From: Candidatus Dojkabacteria bacterium
GTDB lineage: Bacteria > Patescibacteriota > Dojkabacteria > J137
Direction of reading: 5' to 3'
Length of the DNA stretch: 64,000 nt
Assembly: GCA_030950485.1 (NCBI GenBank)
Contig: JAUZRK010000014.1
Coordinates: 2,431 to 66,430, forward strand
A model generated the notes under the pieces. The model was not told the DNA's origin and searched no databases. It saw nothing but the letters and a program-made list of their open reading frames with translations. Positions 52,949 through 63,251 of the stretch are shown here, in pieces (positions within the stretch are counted from its first letter, which is position 1; every line of letters begins with the position of its first letter). Both the position numbers and the translations under genes were made by a program.

Positions 52949-54784
52949 TTACTTATATCCCTCAGCTTGTGCTTCGAATGCTTTCTTGTACTTTCCATTT
53001 AAACTCATAAGCTCCTCATGTGATCCTTTTTCTATTATCTCACCATCATCAATTACATATATTTTATCTGCTTGTCTTACAGTTGAAAACCTATGAGATA
53101 TTATAATTACTGTTTTATTTTTAGCAAATTCATAAAGTCTCTGAAATATTTCATATTCACCTTTAGCATCAATTGCGCTTGTAGGTTCATCCAATATTAA
53201 AATTGGGGCATCTCTAAAAAATGCTCTAGCTAAGGCTATCCTTTGCCACTGACCGCCAGAAAGATCTGTACCTTCAGGGAAATGTTTATTTAATATTTGA
53301 TCATAACCATTTGAAAGTTTTCTTATAAAACTATCTGCTCCAGATTTGATAGAAGCATTTACTGCAGCATCAAAATCATCTATCTTATCTACATCACCAA
53401 CAGTAATACTTGTCTTTGCAGGTAAAAATCCATATTTTGCAAAACTTTGAAACAAAATTCCGAGTTTTGAATACCAATCTTCTAAGTCAAGATCTTTAAT
53501 ATTAATTCCATCGATTAAAATGCTTCCACTAGAGGTATCATAAAATCTGGATAATAATTTTATAAGTGTAGTTTTTCCTGCACCATTCTCTCCTACTAGA
53601 GCAATTTTTTCACCAGGTTCTATATCTAGACTTATGTTTTTAAGGACTTTTATATCTGTTTCAGGATATGTAAAGCTAACATTATCAAATGATATAAATG
53701 GAGGCTTATTTTTCTTCTCTAACTTCTTACTACCAGATTCAATTCTATTCTTCAGGTCAATAAATTTATAATAATCAACCATATACTGGCCATTATCATA
53801 TAACGTTGAAATATTTTTGAAAAAGTTTGAAAGTGATCCGGCATAATTAACTGAAGCTGCTGCATAAAAAGTTAGTAGTCCTATTGTTATATTTCCTTCA
53901 ATAACTTGATTAACTGCAAATACCCAGAAAGATAAAATCCCTATAGTTGCAACAATTGTTGATGAAGTTTCTAATAATCCTTTCTTTAAATTTGCTTTTC
54001 TTTCAGAGCTAAAAAAATCATTAAACAAGTTTTCAACAAAGCCAAACAAATAATTCTTTGTTCTAAAGATTCTAAGTTCCATCAATGAGGATTCATCGCT
54101 TAAATATCCTGCTGCGCTATCATATAATCTCCTTGTTTCTGTCTTACTATTCCAAATATGCCAAACAGTCTTTGAGGTTTTTATTCTAACTATTAGTGCG
54201 GGTAGCGAAGAAAGAGAAATTATTAAAAAGAAAAGTGGTGAAAAAAAAGCAATAATAGACATACTTACAATTATTCGTCCCAAGTCAGGAATTATCCAAA
54301 GCATCTTACCTACAAACTGTTGAGGTCTATAAGTATAAGAATCTTTAGCTTTTCGTATTAAATCATTCTGCTTAGGGTTTTCATAGTGATATAAATCAAG
54401 TTCAGATGACTTTCTTAAAAATTGTAAAGTAAATACTTCTCCTAAGTTGTATTGAATATCCGTATCAAGATATGTCTGTATTGTACTGATGATTCTGTCA
54501 AAAATATTAATACTGAGAAAAATTATTATTAGTATCCAAAGCTCATCAGAAAACCCCTCTGATTGTAATCCCTGGTCTGTAATTCTAACAAGTTCATCAA
54601 TAACTTTTGTGCTTGTATACGCGATAGCAAAAGGAATTAAAGGAATAATGAATGTTACCAATGTAATTATAAATAGCTTAAATTTAACCTCCCTATAAGC
54701 AATCTTTAAAGTTCTTATTGCAGAGGCTTTTACTTCTTTTAAAGTTATTTTAGTACTTGAATTATTTATTTTTTTATCATTCAT
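52949..54784 (-). CDS. ABC transporter, fused permease/ATPase
   Basis: GENGAGKTT, LSGGQWQRIALAR, LDEPTSAID and ISHRFST motifs. Confidence 0.95.
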   Translation of the reverse strand: MNDKKINNSSTKITLKEVKASAIRTLKIAYREVKFKLFIITLVTFIIPLIPFAIAYTSTKVIDELVRITDQGLQSEGFSDELWILIIIFLSINIFDRIISTIQTYLDTDIQYNLGEVFTLQFLRKSSELDLYHYENPKQNDLIRKAKDSYTYRPQQFVGKMLWIIPDLGRIIVSMSIIAFFSPLFFLIISLSSLPALIVRIKTSKTVWHIWNSKTETRRLYDSAAGYLSDESSLMELRIFRTKNYLFGFVENLFNDFFSSERKANLKKGLLETSSTIVATIGILSFWVFAVNQVIEGNITIGLLTFYAAASVNYAGSLSNFFKNISTLYDNGQYMVDYYKFIDLKNRIESGSKKLEKKNKPPFISFDNVSFTYPETDIKVLKNISLDIEPGEKIALVGENGAGKTTLIKLLSRFYDTSSGSILIDGINIKDLDLEDWYSKLGILFQSFAKYGFLPAKTSITVGDVDKIDDFDAAVNASIKSGADSFIRKLSNGYDQILNKHFPEGTDLSGGQWQRIALARAFFRDAPILILDEPTSAIDAKGEYEIFQRLYEFAKNKTVIIISHRFSTVRQADKIYVIDDGEIIEKGSHEELMSLNGKYKKAFEAQAEGYK

Positions 54785-54882
54785 TTCGACATTATTTTAA
54801 CACTTTAATTGAGCTTGTAGAATTTTATACAGCCTTGTATCAAATTGTAGTTTTTGTATACTATAGTAAGTTATTAATATAT

Positions 54883-55581
54883 ATGTCAGAAAATAAAGAA
54901 CTAGAAAAAGCAATTTTAAAAATATCTGAGCACTATGATTTAAAACATATAGTTCGAAGAGCATTTATCAACGGGATTTTTACAGCATCCGGACTATTTA
55001 TTGGAGCAATTCTTGTTTTCGTAGTTGCAACGCAAGTTTTAAATGGCGTTAAAGAAGTTCCTCTTTTAGATACATTCTTAAGAGAAACAAGATTAGATAT
55101 AGTTATAGAATCGCAGATAAATGAAATATCTGGTAAAAATGGTCAAAGTGCTGTTATAGATAGTTCTGAGTCATACTCCAACTTAACTTATACAAATTCT
55201 ACATATAATTTTTCTTTTGATTATCCAGTTATCTTCTCCTCTACTTTTGAAGGATCTATTGCCGAAGAAGATAATTCTTATTTAATTTCATTAAGAAACG
55301 GTAAGATTTACGTTGACTCAATAGATATTTATATAAACCACAGTATAGAGTTTAGTGGATCAAGTTATACAGAAGTAGTTAATAACAATCTTATAGGCGA
55401 TATTGAAATGTATATTTTTGAGGAAGAAATTACTATTGATTCTGTAAGCTATCCAAACCCAACTATTATAGCTAGTTTTGAAAAAGGTGGAGATGAATAT
55501 GTTGTTATAGTTAAAGCTAAAGAAAGCAATTCAGCTATAGCTAGAGAATTACTTACAAGTATCCTGCAAAGTGTATTGTAA
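54883..55581 (+). CDS. hypothetical membrane protein (DUF5665-like TM segment plus possible PsbP-like domain)
   Basis: RRAFINGIFTASGLFIGA TM; YTNSTYNFSFDYP ... ILQS. Confidence 0.6.
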   Translation: MSENKELEKAILKISEHYDLKHIVRRAFINGIFTASGLFIGAILVFVVATQVLNGVKEVPLLDTFLRETRLDIVIESQINEISGKNGQSAVIDSSESYSNLTYTNSTYNFSFDYPVIFSSTFEGSIAEEDNSYLISLRNGKIYVDSIDIYINHSIEFSGSSYTEVVNNNLIGDIEMYIFEEEITIDSVSYPNPTIIASFEKGGDEYVVIVKAKESNSAIARELLTSILQSVL

Positions 55582-55899
55582 AAAAAAGGTATTGGCGCGC
55601 CTCAAGATTCTTTGTATAGTGGATCTAATGTTAATGGTTCGCGTACATACTAGAGCCATTCTTTTCAGTTTGATTCTAGCAACTTAGAAAGAATCACTAA
55701 CAAAAGAATCTAAATATATCTTACCAACTGAATTTAACTAGGTCAATGTAAATATTTGGAGATATTATTATCTTGTAGGTGTAGTTTATATTAGTACGAT
55801 ATCGAATAACTAACATTTAGGTTAGTTATATATACCTTAATTCAAAGAGTATAAGTTAGCTAACTCTATTTAGAATATATATATTCTATTATAAACAGA

Positions 55900-56409
55900 T
55901 TATTTCTTCTGTTTAAACATTAATTCTCGCTTATATTCTGAGATATCGATAAAGTCATCTGCAGTTTCCATAAGTGTATTATTAGCAGTCTTCTTGAAAG
56001 CAATTACCTCAACTAAACAACCCGCAGATTGAAGAAAAGTAACAACTGGAACAAAGTCACCATCTCCTGAAACTAAAACTATCGAGTCTACTTTTGGAGC
56101 AAGTCTAACAGCATCCATTGCAATTCCAACATCCCAGTCTCCTTTTTTAGCTCCTCCTATAAATGTCTGTAAGGCTTTTTCTTTAATCTCAAAGCCTGCA
56201 GTATTTACTGCCTCAAAAAATTCATTCTGTTCTCCAGGCTCTGCATTAATAACATATGCTATTCCTCTAGTCAGAGGTCTGTCTTGAACTGCAAGTTTTA
56301 GTAAATTCTTAAAATTCACCTTAGCTCTGTATAAATTTTTTGCTGAGTAATAAAGGTTTTGTACATCTACTAATACAGCAACTCTTTGATTTGGATTTCT
56401 TACAATCAT
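55900..56409 (-). CDS. NYN domain (LabA/DUF88, PIN-like) protein
   Basis: VLVDVQNLYY, KGDWDVGIAMD, LVSGDGDF and ADDFIDI motifs. Confidence 0.93.
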   Translation of the reverse strand: MIVRNPNQRVAVLVDVQNLYYSAKNLYRAKVNFKNLLKLAVQDRPLTRGIAYVINAEPGEQNEFFEAVNTAGFEIKEKALQTFIGGAKKGDWDVGIAMDAVRLAPKVDSIVLVSGDGDFVPVVTFLQSAGCLVEVIAFKKTANNTLMETADDFIDISEYKRELMFKQKK

Positions 56410-56558
56410 ATTTTTTATGTAACATTTTTATATACATATAATATAGCAATTTAACCTTAAATAGCAAGTAAGTTTAAAATATTAACTATAATCAATAAAT
56501 AAGTAAACTACACAATAGAGTTATGAAGATTGTATAACTGAGTTTAGAGAGTACTATT

Positions 56559-57446
56559 TTAATTAATCTTAAAGTCCAATTTATCATCGTCTCTTCGCCC
56601 TACATTAAATGCATCTTGGAGTTCAGTCACTGCACTTTCAAATCCTGGGATTACCGATTCAATTGCCCCTGTTTCTAATAAAGGGTATAGCTTTGAAACT
56701 AAATTTTTAGATAAGCTTTCTTCAACTTCAGCTCCAGTTTCCTTTAACAATAAGTTAAATTCATTCATAGCATCATTAAGATCAGCTATTTCTCCTGTTC
56801 TAGCTATAATAGGTCCCTCAAGACTTACTAGTTCTGTTAAAGACTCTCCGTTGTATAGATTAATCGCTATTCTTAAATTCCAAATTTCGTTTCCAAATTG
56901 AATTTCTCTATATGCTTCAACAGTTATCAACTGATTTTTAGAAATACAACTTACTCTAAGGCGCATACTTTCATTTAAATATTGATTCCCATTTATTTCG
57001 GACATTTCATCTACTAAATAGTGTGCAGTAGTAATAATACAATCTTCGTTTAATTGAAGTTGTCCATTATCAAATGTAGGATTCTCCACTACAATACCAA
57101 AAGACATGTCTGCATCCTGATTTGATAAAATTTCATCAGCAAAAAAATATATTAGTGCTTTTGCTCTTTCATTAGGACCTTTAAAAGATCTCGTTAAATC
57201 TTCACCTGGGAAATAAGCAGACTGATGCCTTAGTGATTCAGGCATAACAAATTTTGCCTGAGCATTACCATCAGCTTGACGTGAATAAATTCCAAATGCT
57301 AAATTAGTACCATTAGTCTCAATTTTTATAAACTGCAGACCATCATCAGTAAAATTATCTAAATGAATAGTCGTATTACTACCTTGAACACCTTTTGTTA
57401 GTAAATCATAATGCTCCCATTCTTCTTTTTTTTCCATCAACGTCAT
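56559..57446 (-). CDS. hypothetical protein
   Basis: 295-aa ORF; no motif recognised. Confidence 0.65.
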   Translation of the reverse strand: MTLMEKKEEWEHYDLLTKGVQGSNTTIHLDNFTDDGLQFIKIETNGTNLAFGIYSRQADGNAQAKFVMPESLRHQSAYFPGEDLTRSFKGPNERAKALIYFFADEILSNQDADMSFGIVVENPTFDNGQLQLNEDCIITTAHYLVDEMSEINGNQYLNESMRLRVSCISKNQLITVEAYREIQFGNEIWNLRIAINLYNGESLTELVSLEGPIIARTGEIADLNDAMNEFNLLLKETGAEVEESLSKNLVSKLYPLLETGAIESVIPGFESAVTELQDAFNVGRRDDDKLDFKIN

Positions 57447-57549
57447 TCATTAACGAAATAATTACACAAATAGTTAGAAAAACAGAAGAGTACGTTACTA
57501 ATGTTTTATTTAAAAGCCCCATATTTATTTAATAATAATAGTGTTGAAT

Positions 57550-57576
57550 TATATATATATATATATATATATATAT
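57550..57576. repeat. (TA)13 microsatellite in a divergent intergenic region
   Basis: Read directly in the sequence. Confidence 0.9.
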
Positions 57577-57679
57577 GGAGCAATAAGTTGCATATTTATT
57601 GCATACTAAGCTTTTAACTCTACTTTCTACTTTTTACAATAAAAGCTATAATCATTGTGCTTAAATTAACATAAAAACT

Positions 57680-58762
57680 ATGAAATTATCTTTAGGAATT
57701 GTTGGTCTTCCAAATGTTGGTAAATCTACTCTATTTAATGCTCTTACAAAACAGCAAGTTTTAGCTGAGAATTACCCATTTGCTACTATTGATCCTAACG
57801 TTGGAGTAGTAGCTGTACATGATGAAAGAATTAATAAGATTGCAGAAGTAGTAAAACCTAACAAAACAGTATCGGCAACAGTTGAATTTGTTGATATTGC
57901 AGGACTGGTTAAAGGAGCTGCAGAGGGAGCAGGGTTAGGAAATAAGTTTCTAGCTAATATTAGAGAAACAAATGCTATTGTTCATTTAGTTAGGGCTTTT
58001 AATGATGGAAATATAACTCATGTTGAGAATGGAATTGATCCTAAACGTGATATTGAATTAATTAATATTGAATTAATTTTAAAGGACTTAGATAGTGTAA
58101 AGAATAAAATTGGATCAATGGCTGCAAAGGCTAAATTCGATCAAAAGTTAAAACAGGCAGTTACTCATTTAGAAGAACTATATAAACATTTAGAGGAGGG
58201 TAAACTTGCAGTAGATTTCCCTATGCCAAAGGATGAAGATGTTAAGTACGAGAGAAGGAATATCTTTTTATTAACAGATAAGCCTGTAATCTATCTTGTA
58301 AATGCTACAGAGGATCAATTTGAAGAAAGTTATAAGATGGTTAAAGAAATCGTTGGTGATAAGGATGTTATTACTATGGATATAAAGTTAGAGGCTGAAT
58401 TAGGAGAGATGGATGATGGAGATAGAGATGAATTTATGAAAGATTTAGGTTTAGAAATGACTGGGCTTGAGAAATTAACAATGGAGGCATATAAACTACT
58501 TGGTTTAATCTCATATTTTACAGCTGGTGTTCAAGAAGTAAGAGCATGGACTATTAAGAAAGGTGAGAATGCGAAACAAGCGGCGAGAGCTATTCATAAT
58601 GATATTTCGGATAATTTCATTGCGGCTGATGTAACTAGTTGGGACGCTTTTGTAGAATTAGGCGGCTGGGTAAAGGTTAAAGATGGTGGAAAGCTTCGAC
58701 TGGAAGGTAAAGAGTATATTGTTGCAGACGGAGATGTGGTTTTGTTTAAGCATAACGGGTAA
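57680..58762 (+). CDS. ychF: ribosome-binding ATPase YchF
   Basis: GIVGLPNVGKSTLFNALT, NYPFATIDPN, DIAGLVKGA, GLGNKFL and EGKEYIVADGD motifs. Confidence 0.98.
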   Translation: MKLSLGIVGLPNVGKSTLFNALTKQQVLAENYPFATIDPNVGVVAVHDERINKIAEVVKPNKTVSATVEFVDIAGLVKGAAEGAGLGNKFLANIRETNAIVHLVRAFNDGNITHVENGIDPKRDIELINIELILKDLDSVKNKIGSMAAKAKFDQKLKQAVTHLEELYKHLEEGKLAVDFPMPKDEDVKYERRNIFLLTDKPVIYLVNATEDQFEESYKMVKEIVGDKDVITMDIKLEAELGEMDDGDRDEFMKDLGLEMTGLEKLTMEAYKLLGLISYFTAGVQEVRAWTIKKGENAKQAARAIHNDISDNFIAADVTSWDAFVELGGWVKVKDGGKLRLEGKEYIVADGDVVLFKHNG

Positions 58763-58803
58763 GGCAAAAATTAAAAGTAGAAAGTAAATAGCAAATAAAA
58801 AAC

Positions 58804-58858
58804 AAAGTGCAGTATCGAGTGTTTTTCGAACGGAGCGAGAAAAATGTATCGAGATGAG
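58804..58858 (+). repeat. ~55-bp dispersed REP-like repeat, copy B
   Basis: AAAGTGCAGTATCGAGTGTTTTTCGAACGGAGCGAGAAAAATGTATCGAGATGAG. Confidence 0.88.
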
Positions 58859-58877
58859 AGAGATCTTAAACTAAAAA

Positions 58878-59972
58878 CTACAAATTACCATAAATACTTA
58901 AAAGCACGCTTTCATTCTCACTATTCGAATATCTTTTAGCAGTAGTAATCGCGTTAGATCTAATTCCCTGTACTACTTCCCAATTATTATAAATATACTC
59001 AATTTTCATAACTAACTCTTCCTTTGTATTCACTATAAACCCATTCTCCCCATCTTTAATAAACTCATTAGATCCTTTAGTATTAGATGAAATTACAATA
59101 CATCCTCTAGACATAGCTTCTAAAGTAGTCATACCGAAACTTTCTCTCATACTAGCTATGATATAGATATCTGAGTTATCAGCCTCACTTATAAATTCTT
59201 CCTTTGTATAGGCTTTTAAGTCTATGTTTAGATTATTTAAATCTGAACTGAATTCATTATATCCTTGTAGTGGTCCAATAATTTTAAATTTAATACTTGG
59301 TATTTTCTTAGCAGCATACTTTATCCATTCAGGTCTCTTTACTGTGTCTACTCTACCCATAAAAAATACTCTATTTGTTCTACTTGAGTTGACTTTAGAG
59401 TTCTCAAAGAATTTATCATCTATAGAGTTTGGAATTGTAACTTGTTTTCCCTCAGAGACTAACAGTTTTTTTAGATAAGGTTTCTCCCAATCTGCAACTC
59501 TTATTACCTTGTCGTATAACTTTAACTCCCACCAACCTATTAATATATCGTAAGTTTTATCCATAAATTTTAGAAAGATCGACCTTCTTGAATCCTTATC
59601 GAATGGCCCGTGTGTTGTCAATAAGACTTTCTTCCGTAATAGTTTGCCTATTATCAATGCTTGTAAGCTGTGGGGGTGTCTATAGCCGTGAGTGTGTATT
59701 ATAGCTGGTTTAGTTTTGATTATTGAAAGGATTGGGAACCAAAACATAGAAGTACCTCCAAGCTTAAACCAAACTTTAAATCTTTTTACTTTTATATCTT
59801 CAAATTCATCATTCTTAGTTAGCTTTTCTTTTGTGCCTTTTAGAATATTTGAGCTGAATATTTCTACGATATTACCAGCTTTTTTTAAAGATACTGCATT
59901 ATTAAATGCAACTTGCCATATTCCGCATGCAGATGGTTTAGAGTATGGTGTTAGTATTAGTATTTTTTTCAT
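58878..59972 (-). CDS. GT4 family glycosyltransferase
   Basis: IIHTH, TTHG, GRVDTVK, ESFGMTTLEAMSRG and DGENGF motifs. Confidence 0.93.
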   Translation of the reverse strand: MKKILILTPYSKPSACGIWQVAFNNAVSLKKAGNIVEIFSSNILKGTKEKLTKNDEFEDIKVKRFKVWFKLGGTSMFWFPILSIIKTKPAIIHTHGYRHPHSLQALIIGKLLRKKVLLTTHGPFDKDSRRSIFLKFMDKTYDILIGWWELKLYDKVIRVADWEKPYLKKLLVSEGKQVTIPNSIDDKFFENSKVNSSRTNRVFFMGRVDTVKRPEWIKYAAKKIPSIKFKIIGPLQGYNEFSSDLNNLNIDLKAYTKEEFISEADNSDIYIIASMRESFGMTTLEAMSRGCIVISSNTKGSNEFIKDGENGFIVNTKEELVMKIEYIYNNWEVVQGIRSNAITTAKRYSNSENESVLLSIYGNL

Positions 59973-60096
59973 ATTTTAATTATCTCATATATTAAAAAGC
60001 TATGTCTCCTAATATGCGCAGCATTTTTATTTTGTTATAATGGTTTTATACAAACATAATTTAATGGGTTATGAATATAGATTTATACTAATTTAA

Positions 60097-61500
60097 ATGG
60101 CATTGTCCGTAGAAGAGAATAAAAAACTAAAAAAGATATCTCAAAATATCTTGTCAGATTTAGAAAAAGCTGGTGGATATTATATAGGTTCTAAGTTTGA
60201 TAGAAAGAAAAATCGAATGATGCCTTCACCAAGTCCATACTATATTTCTCAAAGAAAACTATCCCTTTGTGAAACCAACGGTGAGAAAATTTTCAAAATG
60301 TGGGATACAACTCAGATGCTTTATAAAAAAGCAATACTTGGAGAAATAGAAGAACCTAATTTAATACTACAAACTATTGAAGGCGATATAACTCAGGCAC
60401 AAAGAGAAGTACAAAGACTAATTGCCAGAAAACAAAGTACTTTACCTATATTTGCTAGAGCTGATCTTACTAGTTTCTGGCATCTTGCTGAAGTGCAAGA
60501 AAGAATGGGGGCGCTTGGTTTATTTCAAAATTGGCTAGAAGCGATTAAAAAAAATATACCTTTGGAAGAAGGTACCGAATATATCGGTAAAGAGAGTTTA
60601 ATTGATGATATAGTCAAAGGAATAATAGAATCAACTCAAAAAGAAGATCCAACAGTTGTACTTATAACACCAAAAAACTATTTAGCTGAACAAAAATCTT
60701 TAGCTAAGAAGCTTTCTAGCTTAGGTATTATCACTTTTGTGGTAGAAAAGGATAAATTGGATAATCTCAAAGTAAAAGATGGTTATATATATTATCCAGT
60801 AAATAGAAAAAAACAAGTAAAAGTTGACTTCATATATAGAAGAGAGGTAAATGCTGCAATACTTGCAAACTCAAACATAGGAAAAAATATAATTGAAGCC
60901 TCAATTGAAAACAAAGTTGTATGTGAGCCACCTCTCAATATGATATATGATACGAAGTCTCCATTAGCCTTTGTTAAACACCCTAGGCTGAGTAAATTCT
61001 TTACAAATGAAAGTGAAATAGTACCAGAAACATCTTTTATTCCAGCTAATAAGAATCTATCATTTATTTATAAAGGACAAAACCTCAATTTAGAACAAAT
61101 ATTAGACTTATCAGTCTCCAAAAGACTTTTTGTAATTAAATATAGCGGCCCAAATATAGAATATGGCTTTGGAGGAAGAGGAGTATTTAATGTTAATGAT
61201 AGTAGAAGAAGTGCAAATAGAGTTTTAGACATTGCCATAGAGCAAGTCAAATTAGGTAATCCTTGGATCATTCAAAATTATGATAAGACAAGAGCACATT
61301 TAATTTGGTTAGATAAATCAAACGAAGTTAAAGAAACTAATAAAAGTGCATCTAGATGGATGGTTTATTATAGGAGAGAAAAGAATGGTAAAGTAAACTT
61401 GTTTAATATAATGGGAACAAATCGACCAGGAGACTCTTGGAAAGCATCAGGTAGCCCAAAGTCTGTTGTTCAAACTGTGAGATTCTTACCCAAATCCTAA
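60097..61500 (+). CDS. putative ATP-grasp-like ligase (circularly permuted / glutathionylspermidine synthase-like)
   Basis: FARADL, EVQ, VDFIYRR, EPP..YDTK, VPET, FVIK..G..GGRGV and WIIQ appear in CP-ATP-grasp order. Confidence 0.55.
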   Translation: MALSVEENKKLKKISQNILSDLEKAGGYYIGSKFDRKKNRMMPSPSPYYISQRKLSLCETNGEKIFKMWDTTQMLYKKAILGEIEEPNLILQTIEGDITQAQREVQRLIARKQSTLPIFARADLTSFWHLAEVQERMGALGLFQNWLEAIKKNIPLEEGTEYIGKESLIDDIVKGIIESTQKEDPTVVLITPKNYLAEQKSLAKKLSSLGIITFVVEKDKLDNLKVKDGYIYYPVNRKKQVKVDFIYRREVNAAILANSNIGKNIIEASIENKVVCEPPLNMIYDTKSPLAFVKHPRLSKFFTNESEIVPETSFIPANKNLSFIYKGQNLNLEQILDLSVSKRLFVIKYSGPNIEYGFGGRGVFNVNDSRRSANRVLDIAIEQVKLGNPWIIQNYDKTRAHLIWLDKSNEVKETNKSASRWMVYYRREKNGKVNLFNIMGTNRPGDSWKASGSPKSVVQTVRFLPKS

Positions 61501-61521
61501 AACAAAATATTAAATATTTAA

Positions 61522-61553
61522 AAGACCTCAGCTTATAAGCAAACTGAGGTCTT
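61522..61553. terminator. hairpin between convergent genes
   Basis: AAGACCTCAG-N12-CTGAGGTCTT. Confidence 0.7.
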
Positions 61554-61572
61554 CTTTGAAATCAGAAACTCA

Positions 61573-62343
61573 TTACCCAAGTAATTCCCATAATGTTTTA
61601 TGAATTGATAGGAATGCATCATGCAGGATCTTAGAATTAATCAAAATTGCATGTGGTTTTGTCTTATTTAGTTCAATAAGGGCAACTTGCTCATCAAATA
61701 TCAATACATCAAAGTCTGAAGAAAATACCTCAGGATATACAAATTTTACATGATAATCTTTCCATTGCTTTTCACTAAGATCTCTTGCAGACTTACTATC
61801 CTTAAAAATTCTAAAAACATTTCTAGTCCTCTTTTCTGTTAATGCTTTTTCATGAAGTCCCATAGGGCCTCCAAAAACATCTACAAATTTATCAAAATCT
61901 GCAAAAGAATACATATCCGTAACATTTGCTGTCATATTATAAATATATCTGACTTCTTCTTTACCTTCGTAATATTTAACAGCCAACTTACTATTCTCTC
62001 TCCCCTCTGGAACCATCTTATCAATAAGCTTCACAATTTCAGGTAAACCTTGCTCCATTTTCTGAACAGCCCATCTTTTTTGTTCAATTAAAAACTTCAA
62101 TTTCTCTGGCGATTCAGCAACAACCATTCTTCTTTCACCATAATTCGTCTGACTAACTAAACCTTTCTTGATCAACTCTTCTACATTGTTATGGGTAGTA
62201 GATCTTTTTATTTTAGTCTTTCTTGAAAGATTCATTATAGTATTTGGCCCTGTTTTTAGAAGTGCTAAATATAAATTTATCTCTCTATCTGTAAGTCCGA
62301 ATTCTGTTAAAAACACTTTAAGATTGACATCTACTTTGTCCAT
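61573..62343 (-). CDS. TrmB-family transcriptional regulator
   Basis: FGLTDREINLYLALLKTG..RSTTH..LIKKGLV, AESPEKL and KYYEGKE segments. Confidence 0.9.
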   Translation of the reverse strand: MDKVDVNLKVFLTEFGLTDREINLYLALLKTGPNTIMNLSRKTKIKRSTTHNNVEELIKKGLVSQTNYGERRMVVAESPEKLKFLIEQKRWAVQKMEQGLPEIVKLIDKMVPEGRENSKLAVKYYEGKEEVRYIYNMTANVTDMYSFADFDKFVDVFGGPMGLHEKALTEKRTRNVFRIFKDSKSARDLSEKQWKDYHVKFVYPEVFSSDFDVLIFDEQVALIELNKTKPHAILINSKILHDAFLSIHKTLWELLG

Positions 62344-62527
62344 ACTTTATTTAATAATAATTGTCATATATAATTGTCGCCTTTGTTATTATAACAGAGT
62401 AAACCCCTTGCTGTAAAGTGTATTCAATCTGTAACAATGTCCTGACAACACAGCCATACGAAACCTTGTATAATATTTACTAGTTGCAATATCAGACGGT
62501 TTAGCATATAATAAATGTATCTAATCC

Positions 62528-62833
62528 TTGGCAACAAAAATGAATTATTCAGATTACTCAATTGATTATCCGGAATACTTATCTTATAAAGAAAGTATGA
62601 AAGTTGAAGGTAAGTTAAAAGAGATTTGGGATGATTTACTTAACAGAATTAGTGAAGAAAATTTAAAGAAAGAAGCAATTAAGAAAGGTTTTGAAATTGT
62701 TGATAATCCAGATATGGAAGACGACGTTATTGCTTACTACTTTATGTTTAAAATCCCCGAAGCCAGCGCTGAATTAGAAAAATATCTAGAAGAGAGTTTG
62801 TATCCATTTTTGGTTTGTTTAAAGGAAGATTAA
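62528..62833 (+). CDS. hypothetical protein
   Basis: Acidic ~100-aa ORF. Confidence 0.55.
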   Translation: MATKMNYSDYSIDYPEYLSYKESMKVEGKLKEIWDDLLNRISEENLKKEAIKKGFEIVDNPDMEDDVIAYYFMFKIPEASAELEKYLEESLYPFLVCLKED

Positions 62834-62944
62834 AAGAGTTAATAAAATTATAAATAAAAACAAGGTATTAATCTTGTTTTTTTGTTTTCTTAGTGAGTTT
62901 GATTATTTAGTCTTTATAAACTATAATTATTCAGTTCTTTGAAA

Positions 62945-63018
62945 GCGAGTATCGTATAGTGGTATTATCCCTGCCTTCCAAGCAGGTGACACGGGTTCGA
63001 GTCCCGTTACTCGCTCCA
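62945..63018 (+). tRNA. tRNA-Gly(TCC), CCA encoded
   Basis: GCGAGTA/TACTCGC acceptor stem, anticodon arm CCTGC-CTTCCAA-GCAGG, T-loop TTCGAGT and 3' TCCA. Confidence 0.97.
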
Positions 63019-63027
63019 ATTAAAATT

Positions 63028-63050
63028 AAAACACCGAAAGGTGTTTTTTT
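63028..63050 (+). terminator. intrinsic terminator after tRNA-Gly
   Basis: AAAACACC-GAAA-GGTGTTTTTTT. Confidence 0.85.
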
Positions 63051-63251
63051 GTTTATAGAATATAATCAAAGATTCCCCGAATCATTAAATTGCACACTCT
63101 AAATCTTCAAAATACACTTCATTTGGAACTCACATAACTTTAATAGTAGGAAATTTCTAAAAAATGTATCAAAACTTGCGCCGTAATACAATGTTATAAA
63201 CAAAAAATAATGATATAAACGTTATAACTTATATCTATATTGAACATTCGT

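Noticed and set aside
55593..55610. tRNA gene or att site (minus strand GAATCTTGAGGCGCGCCA)
   Set aside because: The spacing between the T-loop-like GAAT and CCA is 2 nt short, with no TTC, no cloverleaf and no integrase nearby.
52834..58858. Composite transposon or invertible segment bounded by the 55-bp inverted copies
   Set aside because: There is no transposase or recombinase, the interval includes housekeeping ychF, and no target-site duplication is evident.
1312..62416. Short antisense or overlapping ORFs in the track (e.g. 1312, 8146, 11873, 14906, 17575, 19730, 20551, 24307, 25751, 29400, 29634, 32398, 33091, 33895, 37202, 42806, 44383, 48623, 51032, 52160, 52748, 54489, 59224, 59692, 61068, 61852, 62168)
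   Set aside because: These are shadows of well-supported genes or low-complexity intergenic DNA, with no recognisable motifs.
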